This document shows, piece by piece, positions 37,071 to 47,239 of a DNA stretch of 64,000 bases. Location of the stretch: positions 4,177 to 68,176 of the forward strand of contig JAHBTI010000016.1 in assembly GCA_019638705.1 (NCBI GenBank). The letters are read 5' to 3'. Every line of letters begins with the position of its first letter. Position 1 is the stretch's first letter. This stretch comes from Bacteroidota bacterium (GTDB lineage: Bacteria > Bacteroidota > Bacteroidia > B-17B0 > Aurantibacillaceae). The translations under genes were made by a program, and so were the position numbers. The notes below the pieces were generated by a model. It saw only the letters and a list, made by a program, of their open reading frames with translations. It did not search any database and had not been told where the DNA came from.

Positions 37071-37087
37071 AATATTATCATTTGGTG

Positions 37088-38371
37088 TTACATTTTCCCC
37101 ACCACACATTCAATCAAATCTTTTTCCTGCAAATACTTATTTGCTAAATCACGTAATTCCGTTGGTGTAACGGTTTTTACGGCATGGAAGTAGTTATCAA
37201 AAAAAGAATAATCCAAACCAAATTCCCAAACGGATTTGAATTTATCGGCGAGTGTAAAAGCTCCGTCCACGCTGCGTAAAAATTGCCCGAGAATATAATT
37301 GCGCACGGTTTCCAATTCTTCTTCCCCGATTAATTCATTGCGCAAAAGTTTTAATTCTTTGTAAATTTCTTCCAAGGTTTGTTTGGTAACATCTGCGCCC
37401 ACTTCGGTTGAAATAAAAAATGTGCCGCTGTGAACCAAATTATTTAATCCGCTGCCAATGCCATAGGTGTAGCCTTTGTCCTCACGAATGTTCGCCATTA
37501 AGCGCGAACCGAAATAGCCGCCCAACACCGTGTTCAGCACCTGAAATTTAAAATAATCGGGGTGCGTTTTGTTAAACAACACCCGCCCCACTCTCACGGC
37601 AGATTGTATGGCATCGTCTTTTAAAATAAACTGTTTTGGCTGCGCTGTTGTTTGAATGGGCACGGTTTTGTCAATATGTTTGCCTGTAGCATTGCCCCAG
37701 TTTTCTTTCCCGAAAAAACTGTCAAGCGTTTGTTGCAAATTTTTCGGCAAGTTGCCCGAAGCAATAATGGTACAGTTTTTGGCAGTATAAAAACGTTCAA
37801 AAAACGCACGAATTTCATGCGTATTAATTCGGTTAAAATCGTTTTGATGAACGCCAATGCCGTAAGGGTGCGCTTCGCCAAAAAGTAATTCTGAAAATTT
37901 CCTGCGTGCCAATACGCTTACTTTTTGAGAATTGATGGCGTGTTTTTGTTTTTTGTTGGTAATATGAATTTTAAATTCATCTTCGGGAAACACAGGATAT
38001 TTAATTACTTCCTCAATAAATTTCAAACTCTCGTTTAAATATTTGTTGAGTGTAAATAAAGTAACAACGGCAAAATCCTGCTCCACCCGCAACTCCAGAA
38101 ACGAGCCGTAAAAATCAATACCATCGCTTAACTGATTTGCCGTGAAACTCCGCGTGCCGGTTTCCAGCAAATTGTTTGCAGAAGCCGCAATCAGGGAATG
38201 AGATTGCTGATACATTCCTGCTTTAAAAATAAATTCAATGCGCGAAATTTCCTGACTTCCTGCCGAAACGGTAAATAAATCAATACCGTTGCTTAATTGA
38301 CTGTGAGCGGCTTTCATCACATCAATTTTGTCAATGGTTTTAAATGCGGGAGCTTGTGTTCTGTTCAACAT
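37088..38371 (-). CDS. M16 family peptidase (subunit lacking HxxEH)
   Basis: LGGYFGSRLMANIREDKGYTYGI; no HxxEH motif. Confidence 0.88.
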   Translation of the reverse strand: MLNRTQAPAFKTIDKIDVMKAAHSQLSNGIDLFTVSAGSQEISRIEFIFKAGMYQQSHSLIAASANNLLETGTRSFTANQLSDGIDFYGSFLELRVEQDFAVVTLFTLNKYLNESLKFIEEVIKYPVFPEDEFKIHITNKKQKHAINSQKVSVLARRKFSELLFGEAHPYGIGVHQNDFNRINTHEIRAFFERFYTAKNCTIIASGNLPKNLQQTLDSFFGKENWGNATGKHIDKTVPIQTTAQPKQFILKDDAIQSAVRVGRVLFNKTHPDYFKFQVLNTVLGGYFGSRLMANIREDKGYTYGIGSGLNNLVHSGTFFISTEVGADVTKQTLEEIYKELKLLRNELIGEEELETVRNYILGQFLRSVDGAFTLADKFKSVWEFGLDYSFFDNYFHAVKTVTPTELRDLANKYLQEKDLIECVVGKM

Positions 38372-38376
38372 AAATT

Positions 38377-40242
38377 TTATAAATGTGGTTTTTTAGTAAT
38401 ACTTTCAATTAAGGGATAAAAATTTTCAGGAATGACAAAGTTAATGCCTTTGGCATGAAGTTCGGCAACATTCAAGGTTTTTAATGTGAAATCGCAATCT
38501 TTCCTATCAATGTTCCAAAGATACACAGCGGCGGTTTTAAAATCCAAAGACATTTTTCCTGTAACTAATTTAAACATTTTTGTTTTGCCGTTTAAGTTAT
38601 CTGCCAGCATATTTAAGGGAATGCGCTTATAATAACCAATTTCGTTTTCTGTGTTTTCAACACCAAACACCAAAAAAGCATTAAACGGTTTTGGAACAGT
38701 GTTAAATTTAATTTCCAACTCTGCTTCCAAACAATTTTTGTTTGCGAACAGTGTATCCGTAATTCTCAAAAACTCAAAAAACTCGTCTTTACCGTTATAA
38801 TTATTTGTTGGCGCAGAAGCCACAATTTTCCGTTTAATTTCATCTTTTCGTTTCAATAAAACATGTTCCCATTTTTCTTCGTAAGCAATTTCGTCGTAGA
38901 AAAATTTGTAATACGGTTCTTCGCATTTCATGGCGTAATAGTAATCGCAATTCATGGTCATTTGTTCGCCGTCGTTTATATGATTTAAGATTGCGCCGCC
39001 GCGATAATTCCAGAAAGAAAAATTTACCTCTCTCATACGATGCCCACCAATAGTGAAAATTTTTCCTGTTTTATCGTATTCGGATTTTAATGTATCGTAA
39101 AACGTTTCGGGCATGGTGAAATAAAATGCCGAAGAAAAATTTGAAAAATTTAAGTTCGTTACAAAATAAAAAATGGAAGCAAGCGGTATGAACACTAAAG
39201 CTGAAATGGAAATCAGTTTAGGAAATTCATTTATTGCAAAGGCAAGAGAAAGCGCGAAAAACACATAAAAGAAAAGCCCTGTGCGGTCTTCAGGAAAATT
39301 CACATTCAATATTTTCTTTTGCAGATAAAACACAATGATTAAAGAAACCAACATCAAAGCATAAAAAACAGTTGGTAAAAAAAACACATTGATGTTTTTT
39401 TCTGATTTAAAAAATTTCAGCAAAGCAAACGTTACAATCAGGCAAAAACCCGTTAATACTAATAGTTGCAGCCACAAATTTTCTGCACCGTAAATCCATG
39501 CAATTAAACTTTTAAATGTTACTTGCCAATAATCTTCGCCTGCTCCACTATCCAGCACATTTTTTTCCCTGTAGAAAAATGAAAATTTTATCCAAAACGC
39601 AAGCAAAAACAAATTAAAAAATTGAAGGATTAAATTTTTAACAGAAAAAAAAACTTTGTTGTAACCCTGAAATACAAAAAGATAAAACAACAACATGGTG
39701 AGTACAACAACCAAAATTAAATTCGCTGCCAAAGCCAACTGCCAGCAGATTGAAAAGAACAAAATGTATTTGAATGTTTTTGTTTTAAAATAATCCGTTA
39801 AATAAGACAAACCCAAAATCATTGCCGCAAGCGAAATTCCGTAACCGCGACAAAGTTCAAAAAAATCAAGAAAATTGAGTGTGAGAATAAAAAAACTCAG
39901 CAGGATAATTTTTGATGAAACAGTATTAAAGTGCCTGAAAAAACGAAATACGCCAAAACACAACATCAAAAAACTAAACACATTTGGAAGCCTTAATACG
40001 AAAGGGTGCGAGCCGAATAAGTGCCAGCAAATATTTGTGAGCGCGCTGTTTAAAACGTGATTGTTGGTATAAACGTGCGCTTTGTATGGCAAATAATTAT
40101 CGCTCTGCACATAAAAGAAAAATGTTGTGGCTTCATCGGGAGCAAAAGGAACGAAAAAAGCCCGCAGCGCAACAATTAAAAAAACAAGAGCACAAACGCT
40201 CCAATATATTTTATTGAAATATTTTTCTGAAATTAAAATCAA
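38377..40242 (-). CDS. Polytopic membrane protein, possibly a GT-C-fold glycosyltransferase
   Basis: DE motif in the first loop (APDEATT), about 10 TM segments, soluble C-terminus. Confidence 0.5.
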   Translation of the reverse strand: MILISEKYFNKIYWSVCALVFLIVALRAFFVPFAPDEATTFFFYVQSDNYLPYKAHVYTNNHVLNSALTNICWHLFGSHPFVLRLPNVFSFLMLCFGVFRFFRHFNTVSSKIILLSFFILTLNFLDFFELCRGYGISLAAMILGLSYLTDYFKTKTFKYILFFSICWQLALAANLILVVVLTMLLFYLFVFQGYNKVFFSVKNLILQFFNLFLLAFWIKFSFFYREKNVLDSGAGEDYWQVTFKSLIAWIYGAENLWLQLLVLTGFCLIVTFALLKFFKSEKNINVFFLPTVFYALMLVSLIIVFYLQKKILNVNFPEDRTGLFFYVFFALSLAFAINEFPKLISISALVFIPLASIFYFVTNLNFSNFSSAFYFTMPETFYDTLKSEYDKTGKIFTIGGHRMREVNFSFWNYRGGAILNHINDGEQMTMNCDYYYAMKCEEPYYKFFYDEIAYEEKWEHVLLKRKDEIKRKIVASAPTNNYNGKDEFFEFLRITDTLFANKNCLEAELEIKFNTVPKPFNAFLVFGVENTENEIGYYKRIPLNMLADNLNGKTKMFKLVTGKMSLDFKTAAVYLWNIDRKDCDFTLKTLNVAELHAKGINFVIPENFYPLIESITKKPHL

Positions 40243-40841
40243 TCCAACAAATAATCTTTGTGTTTATTGAATTTCTCTAAGGTGCGAATGCCCGAAGAAC
40301 TGATGTGTTCAAATTCTTTGTCGCAAAAAATATTTACGATTTTAATGTTGGGCATTAATTCCTGAATGTATCGGTATTGATTTTGCTCGTAGTTAAAATC
40401 TGTTGAGTTGCGCAAACCGCGAATAACGGTTACATCGCCCATTTCAGCAACCAAATCGGTAAGCAAGCCCTCGTAATGTTCTATTTGGCGATTTTTAATG
40501 GTGTTCGGAATTTCCCAAGTGCGTTCGCTTTTGTCGGGATTTTGTCCGAACGCAACAATCACTTTATCAAAAATTTTTTCTGCTTTTTGCAGCACGTTGT
40601 AATGTCCTTTATGGAAAGGATTGAAGCTACCTGCAAACAAAGCAACCTTTGGCGAAAATTGTTTTACATATTCCAAACTTAATTCGGCATTTTTTTGTTT
40701 TTGCAAAAATTCAATGCGTGCTTTTATATAATTTTTCAGCAACACAGATTGATTTTCTCTGAACACATCATATTCGTGATTGATACAATCCGTAAGCGAA
40801 TGTTTGTTTTCAAAAAAAGTTTGGTCGTTAAATATTGTCAT
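40239..40841 (-). CDS. coaD: Pantetheine-phosphate adenylyltransferase with an N-terminal extension
   Basis: FAGSFNPFHKGH, IRGLRNSTDFNYE, EHISSSGIR. Confidence 0.75.
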   Translation of the reverse strand: MTIFNDQTFFENKHSLTDCINHEYDVFRENQSVLLKNYIKARIEFLQKQKNAELSLEYVKQFSPKVALFAGSFNPFHKGHYNVLQKAEKIFDKVIVAFGQNPDKSERTWEIPNTIKNRQIEHYEGLLTDLVAEMGDVTVIRGLRNSTDFNYEQNQYRYIQELMPNIKIVNIFCDKEFEHISSSGIRTLEKFNKHKDYLLD

Positions 40842-40872
40842 TTTTTACGATAAGTTTTTTTTCCAAAATATC

Positions 40873-40926
40873 TGTCACATTGAGCGAAGTCGAAATGTGT
40901 CGTTCTCGACTTCGCTCGAACTGACA
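40873..40926. repeat. Palindromic intergenic repeat TGTCA...GAGCGAAGTCGA / TCGACTTCGCTC...TGACA
   Basis: 12-bp perfect inner stem plus TGTCA/TGACA ends. Confidence 0.75.
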
Positions 40927-40928
40927 CT

Positions 40929-42170
40929 TCATTTTTTCTTGGCTAAATAATATAAAGTGCTGCAATTAGTTTCATTCAAAATTACGTTGGCTTGCGCTTT
41001 AATTTTTTCGGCAGTTACGGCAGCGTATTTTTCTACTTCCTGATTAATTAAATCGGCATCGCCCAAAAGCTCTGAAATAGCAAGGTTTGTAGCTTTGGTT
41101 AAAACATCGGTTTCGCTGAATGTAATGCTTGACTCTACTTTGTTCTTACATTTTTGCAATTCGGTTTCATCAACCAACGTGTTTTTTATTTTTTCCAACT
41201 CGTCCAAAATTCCTCTTTCGGCATCTTCCGGTTTTACATGGTCAGGAATTTTTCCGCTAATCACCAAAAGTCCTTTGTCAAAATCACCCATGACATAAGC
41301 GTTGAGTTCAGAAAATAATTGTTTGTCTTTCACTAAACTTTTATACAAACGTGAAGAATTTCCGCGACTTAAAATATCCGACAACAAATCTACCGTGTGA
41401 TATTCTTCATCGCGGCGCGAACACATATGATATACCTTGTAAATAGAACTTGCAGGAACATCGCGCTCTACCGTCAATTTACGCGCTTCGGTTTGTGTTG
41501 GTTCTTCGGGCAAATTATGTTTTGGTTTTTCTTTGGTTTCAATGGGTTCAAACCATTTTTCGGCTAAATGCTTTACTTGCTCAAACTCCACATTTCCTGC
41601 CACTACCATAATGGCATTGCTCGGCGTGTAATGTTTTTTGAAAAATGATTTCACATCTTCCATTGTCGCCTCTTCAATGTGCGAAATTTCTTTGCCTATC
41701 GTTGCCCATTTGTAAGGGTGGTTTTTATACGCCAACGGTCGCAGCAAGAGCCACACATCGCCGTAAGGCTGATTGAGGTAACGTTGTTTAAATTCTTCAA
41801 TCACCACATTGCGCTGCACTTCCAAGCTTTTGTCGGTAAACGCTAAGCTCAACATTCTGTCGCTCTCTAACCAAAAAGCAGTTTCCAAATTTTCTGCGGG
41901 TACAGTGCAATAGTAATTTGTAATATCGTTTGTAGTAAAGGCATTATTGTCGCCACCCACCATTTGCAAAGGCTCGTCGTAATTGGGAATGTTAATGCTT
42001 CCGCCAAACATCAAGTGCTCAAACAAATGTGCAAAGCCCGTTTTGCGTTCATCTTCATCGCGCGCGCCCACATCGTACAAAATATTTACGCAAGCCAATG
42101 GCGTGCTTTTATCTTGGTGAACAATAACGGTCAAATTATTTTTCAGCTTAAATTTTTGGAAGTGTATCAT
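40929..42170 (-). CDS. M16 family zinc peptidase (active subunit)
   Basis: TGFAHLFEHLMF (HxxEH), NAFT, ESDRM. Confidence 0.93.
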   Translation of the reverse strand: MIHFQKFKLKNNLTVIVHQDKSTPLACVNILYDVGARDEDERKTGFAHLFEHLMFGGSINIPNYDEPLQMVGGDNNAFTTNDITNYYCTVPAENLETAFWLESDRMLSLAFTDKSLEVQRNVVIEEFKQRYLNQPYGDVWLLLRPLAYKNHPYKWATIGKEISHIEEATMEDVKSFFKKHYTPSNAIMVVAGNVEFEQVKHLAEKWFEPIETKEKPKHNLPEEPTQTEARKLTVERDVPASSIYKVYHMCSRRDEEYHTVDLLSDILSRGNSSRLYKSLVKDKQLFSELNAYVMGDFDKGLLVISGKIPDHVKPEDAERGILDELEKIKNTLVDETELQKCKNKVESSITFSETDVLTKATNLAISELLGDADLINQEVEKYAAVTAEKIKAQANVILNETNCSTLYYLAKKK

Positions 42171-42189
42171 AAAAGAAATTCCGCCAAAA

Positions 42190-42975
42190 TTAATCGTTTT
42201 TTACAGGAAACGCCGCATTTATTTTTGTGGTAAATAAAAAGGCATTCCAGAGCTTTGAAAATTCAAAGTTTGTATCGCAGTAAAAGTAATTTTCTGTTGA
42301 AGAAAGATTTTTTAGTACGTTATTCTGTTCTTTTATTGTTCGCAATTTTAAACCATCTTGTGTTTTGTTATACATTGTGCCGTAAGAATATTGATGATTG
42401 ACTGCAAGCACTTTTTCTTTAAAATTATGTTCAAGAAAACTACCCATTGTTTTTAAATTATTTTTCGGGTATAATTGATTGTGAATATTACCACTGATAG
42501 TAAGAATTATAAAACTTGTGTCTTTGTAATATTGTTTCATTACATTCAAATACATAGCACTATCACGATTTAAAGATGATTGCTTGAAAGTAGCGTCATA
42601 GAAAAACACATCTATATTTTTTTGTTTGGACAGTGTAAAAATTGCATCAAACCAAGACTGCGAATTTTTTCCGGCTTGTGATTGTTTGAAAACATTTGTT
42701 TCGTCATCAGCAATTTCAAAACCTACACAAACGTTTCTTTTTTCAGAAAGCAGCTTAGCAAATTGAACTAAAAACTTAACAGGTTCTTGTGTTCCGTGCA
42801 TTTCCCCAATCAAAATGAATTTATAGTTTGAAACATAATTGAATAACTGTTCGTTTGCTTTTAAATTGCTGTCTAAAGGAATTACCTGCAATGGACTTAC
42901 TGTTTGGGCAACAAACAACTGGAAAATAAAAGTAAAAATTATAACAAATAAAGTTTTCATTTTAGTTTGACACAA
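42190..42975 (-). CDS. Hypothetical exported protein (TIKI/EreA/ChaN-like motif)
   Basis: Signal peptide; ILIGEMHGTQE and SGNIH motifs; AT-rich. Confidence 0.5.
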   Translation of the reverse strand: MCQTKMKTLFVIIFTFIFQLFVAQTVSPLQVIPLDSNLKANEQLFNYVSNYKFILIGEMHGTQEPVKFLVQFAKLLSEKRNVCVGFEIADDETNVFKQSQAGKNSQSWFDAIFTLSKQKNIDVFFYDATFKQSSLNRDSAMYLNVMKQYYKDTSFIILTISGNIHNQLYPKNNLKTMGSFLEHNFKEKVLAVNHQYSYGTMYNKTQDGLKLRTIKEQNNVLKNLSSTENYFYCDTNFEFSKLWNAFLFTTKINAAFPVKND

Positions 42976-42979
42976 TTTA

Positions 42980-43390
42980 TTATTGGATTTGCTTCAAAAA
43001 TTCCAATCTGTAATGAGCTTCTAAATTAAATTCTCCGTGTGCAGCATTAGAATTAATAAATTCGTAAAGCGAAACACATTTGTTTTTTAAGTTCAAGTAT
43101 TTTTCTTGCTCGTTGTTCGCTAAATACAAATTCATTTTTTCGTAAAGCAAATCAGCCGTGATTTTACGTTGTTGAGCATTTAAACTCGGGGGATTTAAAA
43201 CTTCTTTTTCAAAACCTTCCACATTCAAATTTTCAATAAAATCAATATCTAAAGAAGTAAATTGTTGAGAAGCATTGGCAATTTCTTTTTCAAAGTTTTC
43301 CCAATCGTTTGCTTTCTTAAATGTCAAAATCAAAGCTAATGCTTTCGCAAATTCTTCAATTTGTTTATCTATAAAATCTTTTCTGTACAT
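42980..43390 (-). CDS. Hypothetical helical protein
   Basis: ATG 43390 preferred (MYRKDFIDKQIEEFAKAL). Confidence 0.6.
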   Translation of the reverse strand: MYRKDFIDKQIEEFAKALALILTFKKANDWENFEKEIANASQQFTSLDIDFIENLNVEGFEKEVLNPPSLNAQQRKITADLLYEKMNLYLANNEQEKYLNLKNKCVSLYEFINSNAAHGEFNLEAHYRLEFLKQIQ

Positions 43391-43506
43391 GATTAAATAT
43401 CGCAGAACTCTACCATAAAGGCACAAAAGTAAGGAATTAAGGGAATAGGCAGTTTGCAATAAGTAATTTTACCTTACAATTCAAATTTTAGCAAGCCGCG
43501 AATTAA

Positions 43507-44415
43507 TTAATACTTTTCCAAATACTCTTTCCAATTATCAGGATATTTATCTTTAATCTCTTCTACCATTCGTGGAGGAATTGGTTGTTGCCAATAATCA
43601 AGACCTTTTGTTTTTAAAAAAGCTACTACTTTCATTTTGTATTCATATTCTTTACTATTGAATTCAAGAAGCTTTCCGCGCAGGAATTCTAAAATGTGAA
43701 AAGCACCAGTAGAATCACATTTTTCATTAATTGGGCAAAAAGAATTTAAATTCACTCCTTTTTCAAGTAGATAAAGTGCTACATCGTAATTTTTACAATA
43801 AAGAGCTTCTCTCAAAGGAGAAACATTATGATTTCCAACATAATTTATGTCTGCACCTGCTTCTACTAACAGTTTCACTTTCGGTAACGGTTCTTTTATA
43901 GCGAATACGTCTGAGCATGCAGCTATTAAAGCAGTTGAATTTATCGGCTTAGATTTTGGATACTCTATCCGTTGTGAACTGTCAACTTGTATCGTATTTG
44001 GATTTGCACCATAATTCAACAAAATTTTAATAAAATCGCATGCAATAGGAACATCTGTCATATCCGATGCTAAAATTAGAGGAGTTTCATCACTATATGT
44101 TTCATGAACATTTACATTAGCACCATGCTCCAACAGAAATTTTGTTGCCTTTAATTGTCTATTTCTAATTGTAAGAAATAAAATAGTTTGTCCAAAGCGA
44201 GGCTCTCTGTAATTAATATCAACGCCCGAAGCAATAAATTTTTCAGCAGCTTTTATATTATTATCGTCTATGGCTTTTGCTAAGTCCCACAATATTGTGC
44301 CTTGAAAAAGCCGATAATCATTTCCTAAAAGTTTTCCTTTATCTACAGGAGTTTCCCGCGATGTACATGCACATATCGCTAACATTGCCAAAATAAAAAT
44401 TCCTTGTTTCATCAT
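43507..44415 (-). CDS. Ankyrin-repeat lipoprotein, possibly an orphan immunity protein
   Basis: Lipobox ICAC; ankyrin repeats (LLEHGANVN, LLNYGANPN, LVEAGADIN); AT-rich; TAATG overlap with the upstream gene. Confidence 0.75.
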   Translation of the reverse strand: MMKQGIFILAMLAICACTSRETPVDKGKLLGNDYRLFQGTILWDLAKAIDDNNIKAAEKFIASGVDINYREPRFGQTILFLTIRNRQLKATKFLLEHGANVNVHETYSDETPLILASDMTDVPIACDFIKILLNYGANPNTIQVDSSQRIEYPKSKPINSTALIAACSDVFAIKEPLPKVKLLVEAGADINYVGNHNVSPLREALYCKNYDVALYLLEKGVNLNSFCPINEKCDSTGAFHILEFLRGKLLEFNSKEYEYKMKVVAFLKTKGLDYWQQPIPPRMVEEIKDKYPDNWKEYLEKY

Positions 44416-45359
44416 TACAAATTTGCTAATCTCACAACCGTTTCCCTAAACTCATCATAAATTTCATTCACCACTTCCACCGCAGGTTTTATTTCAGAAA
44501 TTGCGCCACTCACCTGCCCTACTTCCAATTCACCTTCGTTTAAATCCCCTTCAAACATTCCTTTTTTTGCGCGCGCCTTGCCAAGCAAAGTGGTGAGTTC
44601 CTCTGATGTTGCACCACGTTTTTCGGCGGCATCAACCTCATTAAAAAACTTATTTTTTATTAAACGTACAGGCGTTAATTGCTTTAAGGTAAGTTGCGTG
44701 TCGCCTTCTTTTGCTTTTATGATAGTGTCTTTAAAATTTTGGTGTCCACTGCTTTCGGGCGTTGCAATAAAACGGCTTCCTATTTGTACAGCTTCTGCTC
44801 CCAACGCAAACGCCGCCGCCATTTGGCTGCCAAAACCAATACCACCAGCCGCAATCAAAGGCAGTTTCACGGCTTTGCGCACTTGCGGAATTAAAACCAT
44901 GGTCGTAGTTTCTTCGCGCCCGTTGTGCCCACCCGCTTCAAACCCTTCGGCTACAATGGCATCAACGCCCGCTTCTTCGCACTTTAAGGCAAATTTTACT
45001 GCACTTACAACGTGCACAACCGTAATGCCATGTTGTTTTAAATGACTTGTCCATGTTTTGGGATTGCCCGCGCTGGTAAACACAATTTTTACACCCTCTT
45101 CAATAATTATTTTAATGTGTTCTTCAATGTTCGGATAAAGCAAAGGCACATTTACGGCTAAAGGCTTGTTAGTGGCGGCTTTGCATTTTTGAATGTGTGT
45201 GCGCAACACATCGGGATACATGCTTCCGGAACCTATAATGCCAAGCCCTCCCGCGTTACTCACGGCAGAGGCAAGTTCCCAACCGCTGCACCAAATCATG
45301 CCTGCTTGAATAATGGGTTTTTCAATGTTAAATAATTTACAAATGCGGTTGTTGTTCAT
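44415..45359 (-). CDS. Nitronate monooxygenase / FabK-like flavoenzyme
   Basis: PIIQAGM, AVSNAGGLG, EGFEAGGHNG, IAAGGIG, GSRF; ATG 45359 preferred. Confidence 0.9.
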   Translation of the reverse strand: MNNNRICKLFNIEKPIIQAGMIWCSGWELASAVSNAGGLGIIGSGSMYPDVLRTHIQKCKAATNKPLAVNVPLLYPNIEEHIKIIIEEGVKIVFTSAGNPKTWTSHLKQHGITVVHVVSAVKFALKCEEAGVDAIVAEGFEAGGHNGREETTTMVLIPQVRKAVKLPLIAAGGIGFGSQMAAAFALGAEAVQIGSRFIATPESSGHQNFKDTIIKAKEGDTQLTLKQLTPVRLIKNKFFNEVDAAEKRGATSEELTTLLGKARAKKGMFEGDLNEGELEVGQVSGAISEIKPAVEVVNEIYDEFRETVVRLANL

Positions 45360-45419
45360 GCTTACTGTTTTTTGTTGCTGCAAAGTAAATAAAATGTTTT
45401 CTGATACATCATAATCCTT

Positions 45420-45427
45420 TATCTTTG
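45420..45427 (+). promoter_or_regulatory. -7 promoter box (TATCTTTG) for the DUF1573-yajC-coaE operon
   Basis: Exact TAnnTTTG match, 11 bp upstream of ATG 45439. Confidence 0.55.
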
Positions 45428-45438
45428 CCACCGCTATT

Positions 45439-45897
45439 ATGAAAAAGATAATTTTTGCACTAAGTTTGTTTGCTCTTTTTTCCTGCAATAATTCCTCTGA
45501 AAAAGACACCGACCTTGTAAGCAATACTGCCAGCGCAAACGGAAACACCAACGAAAATTTGCCCGAAATAACGTTTGAAGAAGATGAATATGATTTCGGG
45601 AAAATTACGCAGGGCGAAAAAGTGAGCCACGCTTTTAAATTTAAAAACACAGGCAAAAAAGCCTTGATTATTGCTTCGGCTAACGGAAGCTGCGGCTGCA
45701 CCGTTCCTGAATTTCCGAAAGAACCGATACAACCGGGTGAAGAAGGAAAAATAAGCGTGCTGTTTAACAGCGAAGGAAAAAAAGGGTATCAGGAAAAAAC
45801 CGTTACCGTTGTTACCAACTGCGAACCTGCCACTCGCGTTGTAAGAATTAAAACAGAAATTATTGTGGCAGAAGCTGCCTATGAAGCAGCGTATTAA
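45439..45897 (+). CDS. DUF1573-type lipoprotein
   Basis: Lipobox FSC; YDFGKI...F.FKNTG...SCGCTVP. Confidence 0.88.
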   Translation: MKKIIFALSLFALFSCNNSSEKDTDLVSNTASANGNTNENLPEITFEEDEYDFGKITQGEKVSHAFKFKNTGKKALIIASANGSCGCTVPEFPKEPIQPGEEGKISVLFNSEGKKGYQEKTVTVVTNCEPATRVVRIKTEIIVAEAAYEAAY

Positions 45898-45944
45898 ACT
45901 TTTAAAATCAATAAACAAAACATAAAAATCAAAAAAAAGCAAGT

Positions 45945-46274
45945 ATGAACCAGTTAGTAATTTTAATGTCACCACCACAAGGCGGGCAAAGCGGAAATCC
46001 GATTATGCAGTTTTTACCTTTAATTGCAATCGTTGTTGTATTTTATTTCTTTATGATACGCCCGCAAATGAAAAAGGCAAAAGAGCAAAAGAAATACATT
46101 GAAGCGTTGAAGAAAGGCGACAAAATTCTTACCATTGGCGGTATTTACGGCAAAATTGTAGAAGTGCGCGATGATGCCACCATTATTATGGAAGTGGAAG
46201 ACGGTACAAAAATGAAAATTTCTAAAAATGCAGTTTCGCAAGATGCCACTTCAACCTTAAACCAAAACCAATAA
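45945..46274 (+). CDS. yajC: Preprotein translocase subunit YajC
   Basis: FYFFMIRPQMKK, LKKGDKILTIGGIYGKI. Confidence 0.95.
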   Translation: MNQLVILMSPPQGGQSGNPIMQFLPLIAIVVVFYFFMIRPQMKKAKEQKKYIEALKKGDKILTIGGIYGKIVEVRDDATIIMEVEDGTKMKISKNAVSQDATSTLNQNQ

Positions 46275-46279
46275 CGTTT

Positions 46280-47239
46280 TTGGCTGCAAGCAAAAAATAT
46301 TTCATAGAAAAAAAGCCGGGCAAAGCTCAGGCTTTTTTTATTTGTGTGATAATAGCTTCGTTTTTGTGGCTGATTCATGCTTTAAACACGGTTTACACGC
46401 AAACGTTTAAAATTCCTGTTGAGTTTAAAAACATTCCCCCAAACAAAAAACCGGTGGCTCAACTTCCCGACTTTTTAAATGTGGACGTAAAAGCAAGCGG
46501 TTTAAAACTTACGTTTATTCAATTAAACAAGCCTTTTTCGCCCATAGAAATTGATTTTAATAATTTACACGCGGTAAACAGAAATCAAAATTATGTTTTG
46601 TCTTCGTCTAATCTGCGTTTTGAAAGTGTGTTTAAACTCAGGGCAGAGATAAAAGGCATAAGCCCCGATACGCTTTATTTTATTGAAAAAATCGGTACGG
46701 AAAAAACTGTGCCCCTGAAAGTGCCTGTGCAAATACATTGTGCTGCTGGTTATTCTTACAACAAATCTATTCTCACGCCAAGTGTTGTTACCATTTGGGG
46801 CGAGCCTGATGTTGTTAAAAACATTGACACCATTTATACGCAAGCCATTACACTTAACAATGTAAACCAAAGCCTGAACACAAATTTAGAATTGACAGCA
46901 CCGAATAAAAACATTCACCTCAGTTCAAACGAAACCTCTGTGTTTATAGAAGTGGGGCAACTTTTAGAGCAAACTGTGTATGTTTCTGTAACCGATGTTC
47001 AACAAGCAAATAAACAACAGGCAAGTGTTTTTCCTGCCAAAGTGCAGGTAAGGTTTACGAGTATTAAAAACTCGTTTCACGCAAAAGACACTTTGCTTTT
47101 TAAAGCCGTAATTAACAGCGAAAAAATAAATGCGGATACAAAAAAATGCCGTGTATCGTTAAGCGAAATTCCTGAAAATGTGAATGTGCTTGACATTGAA
47201 CCCAAGGAAGTGCAGGTTTTAATTTTAAAAAACAAATGA
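46280..47239 (+). CDS. YbbR-like membrane-anchored protein
   Basis: N-terminal TM helix (FLWLI), repeated beta domains; position between yajC and coaE. Confidence 0.7.
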   Translation: MAASKKYFIEKKPGKAQAFFICVIIASFLWLIHALNTVYTQTFKIPVEFKNIPPNKKPVAQLPDFLNVDVKASGLKLTFIQLNKPFSPIEIDFNNLHAVNRNQNYVLSSSNLRFESVFKLRAEIKGISPDTLYFIEKIGTEKTVPLKVPVQIHCAAGYSYNKSILTPSVVTIWGEPDVVKNIDTIYTQAITLNNVNQSLNTNLELTAPNKNIHLSSNETSVFIEVGQLLEQTVYVSVTDVQQANKQQASVFPAKVQVRFTSIKNSFHAKDTLLFKAVINSEKINADTKKCRVSLSEIPENVNVLDIEPKEVQVLILKNK

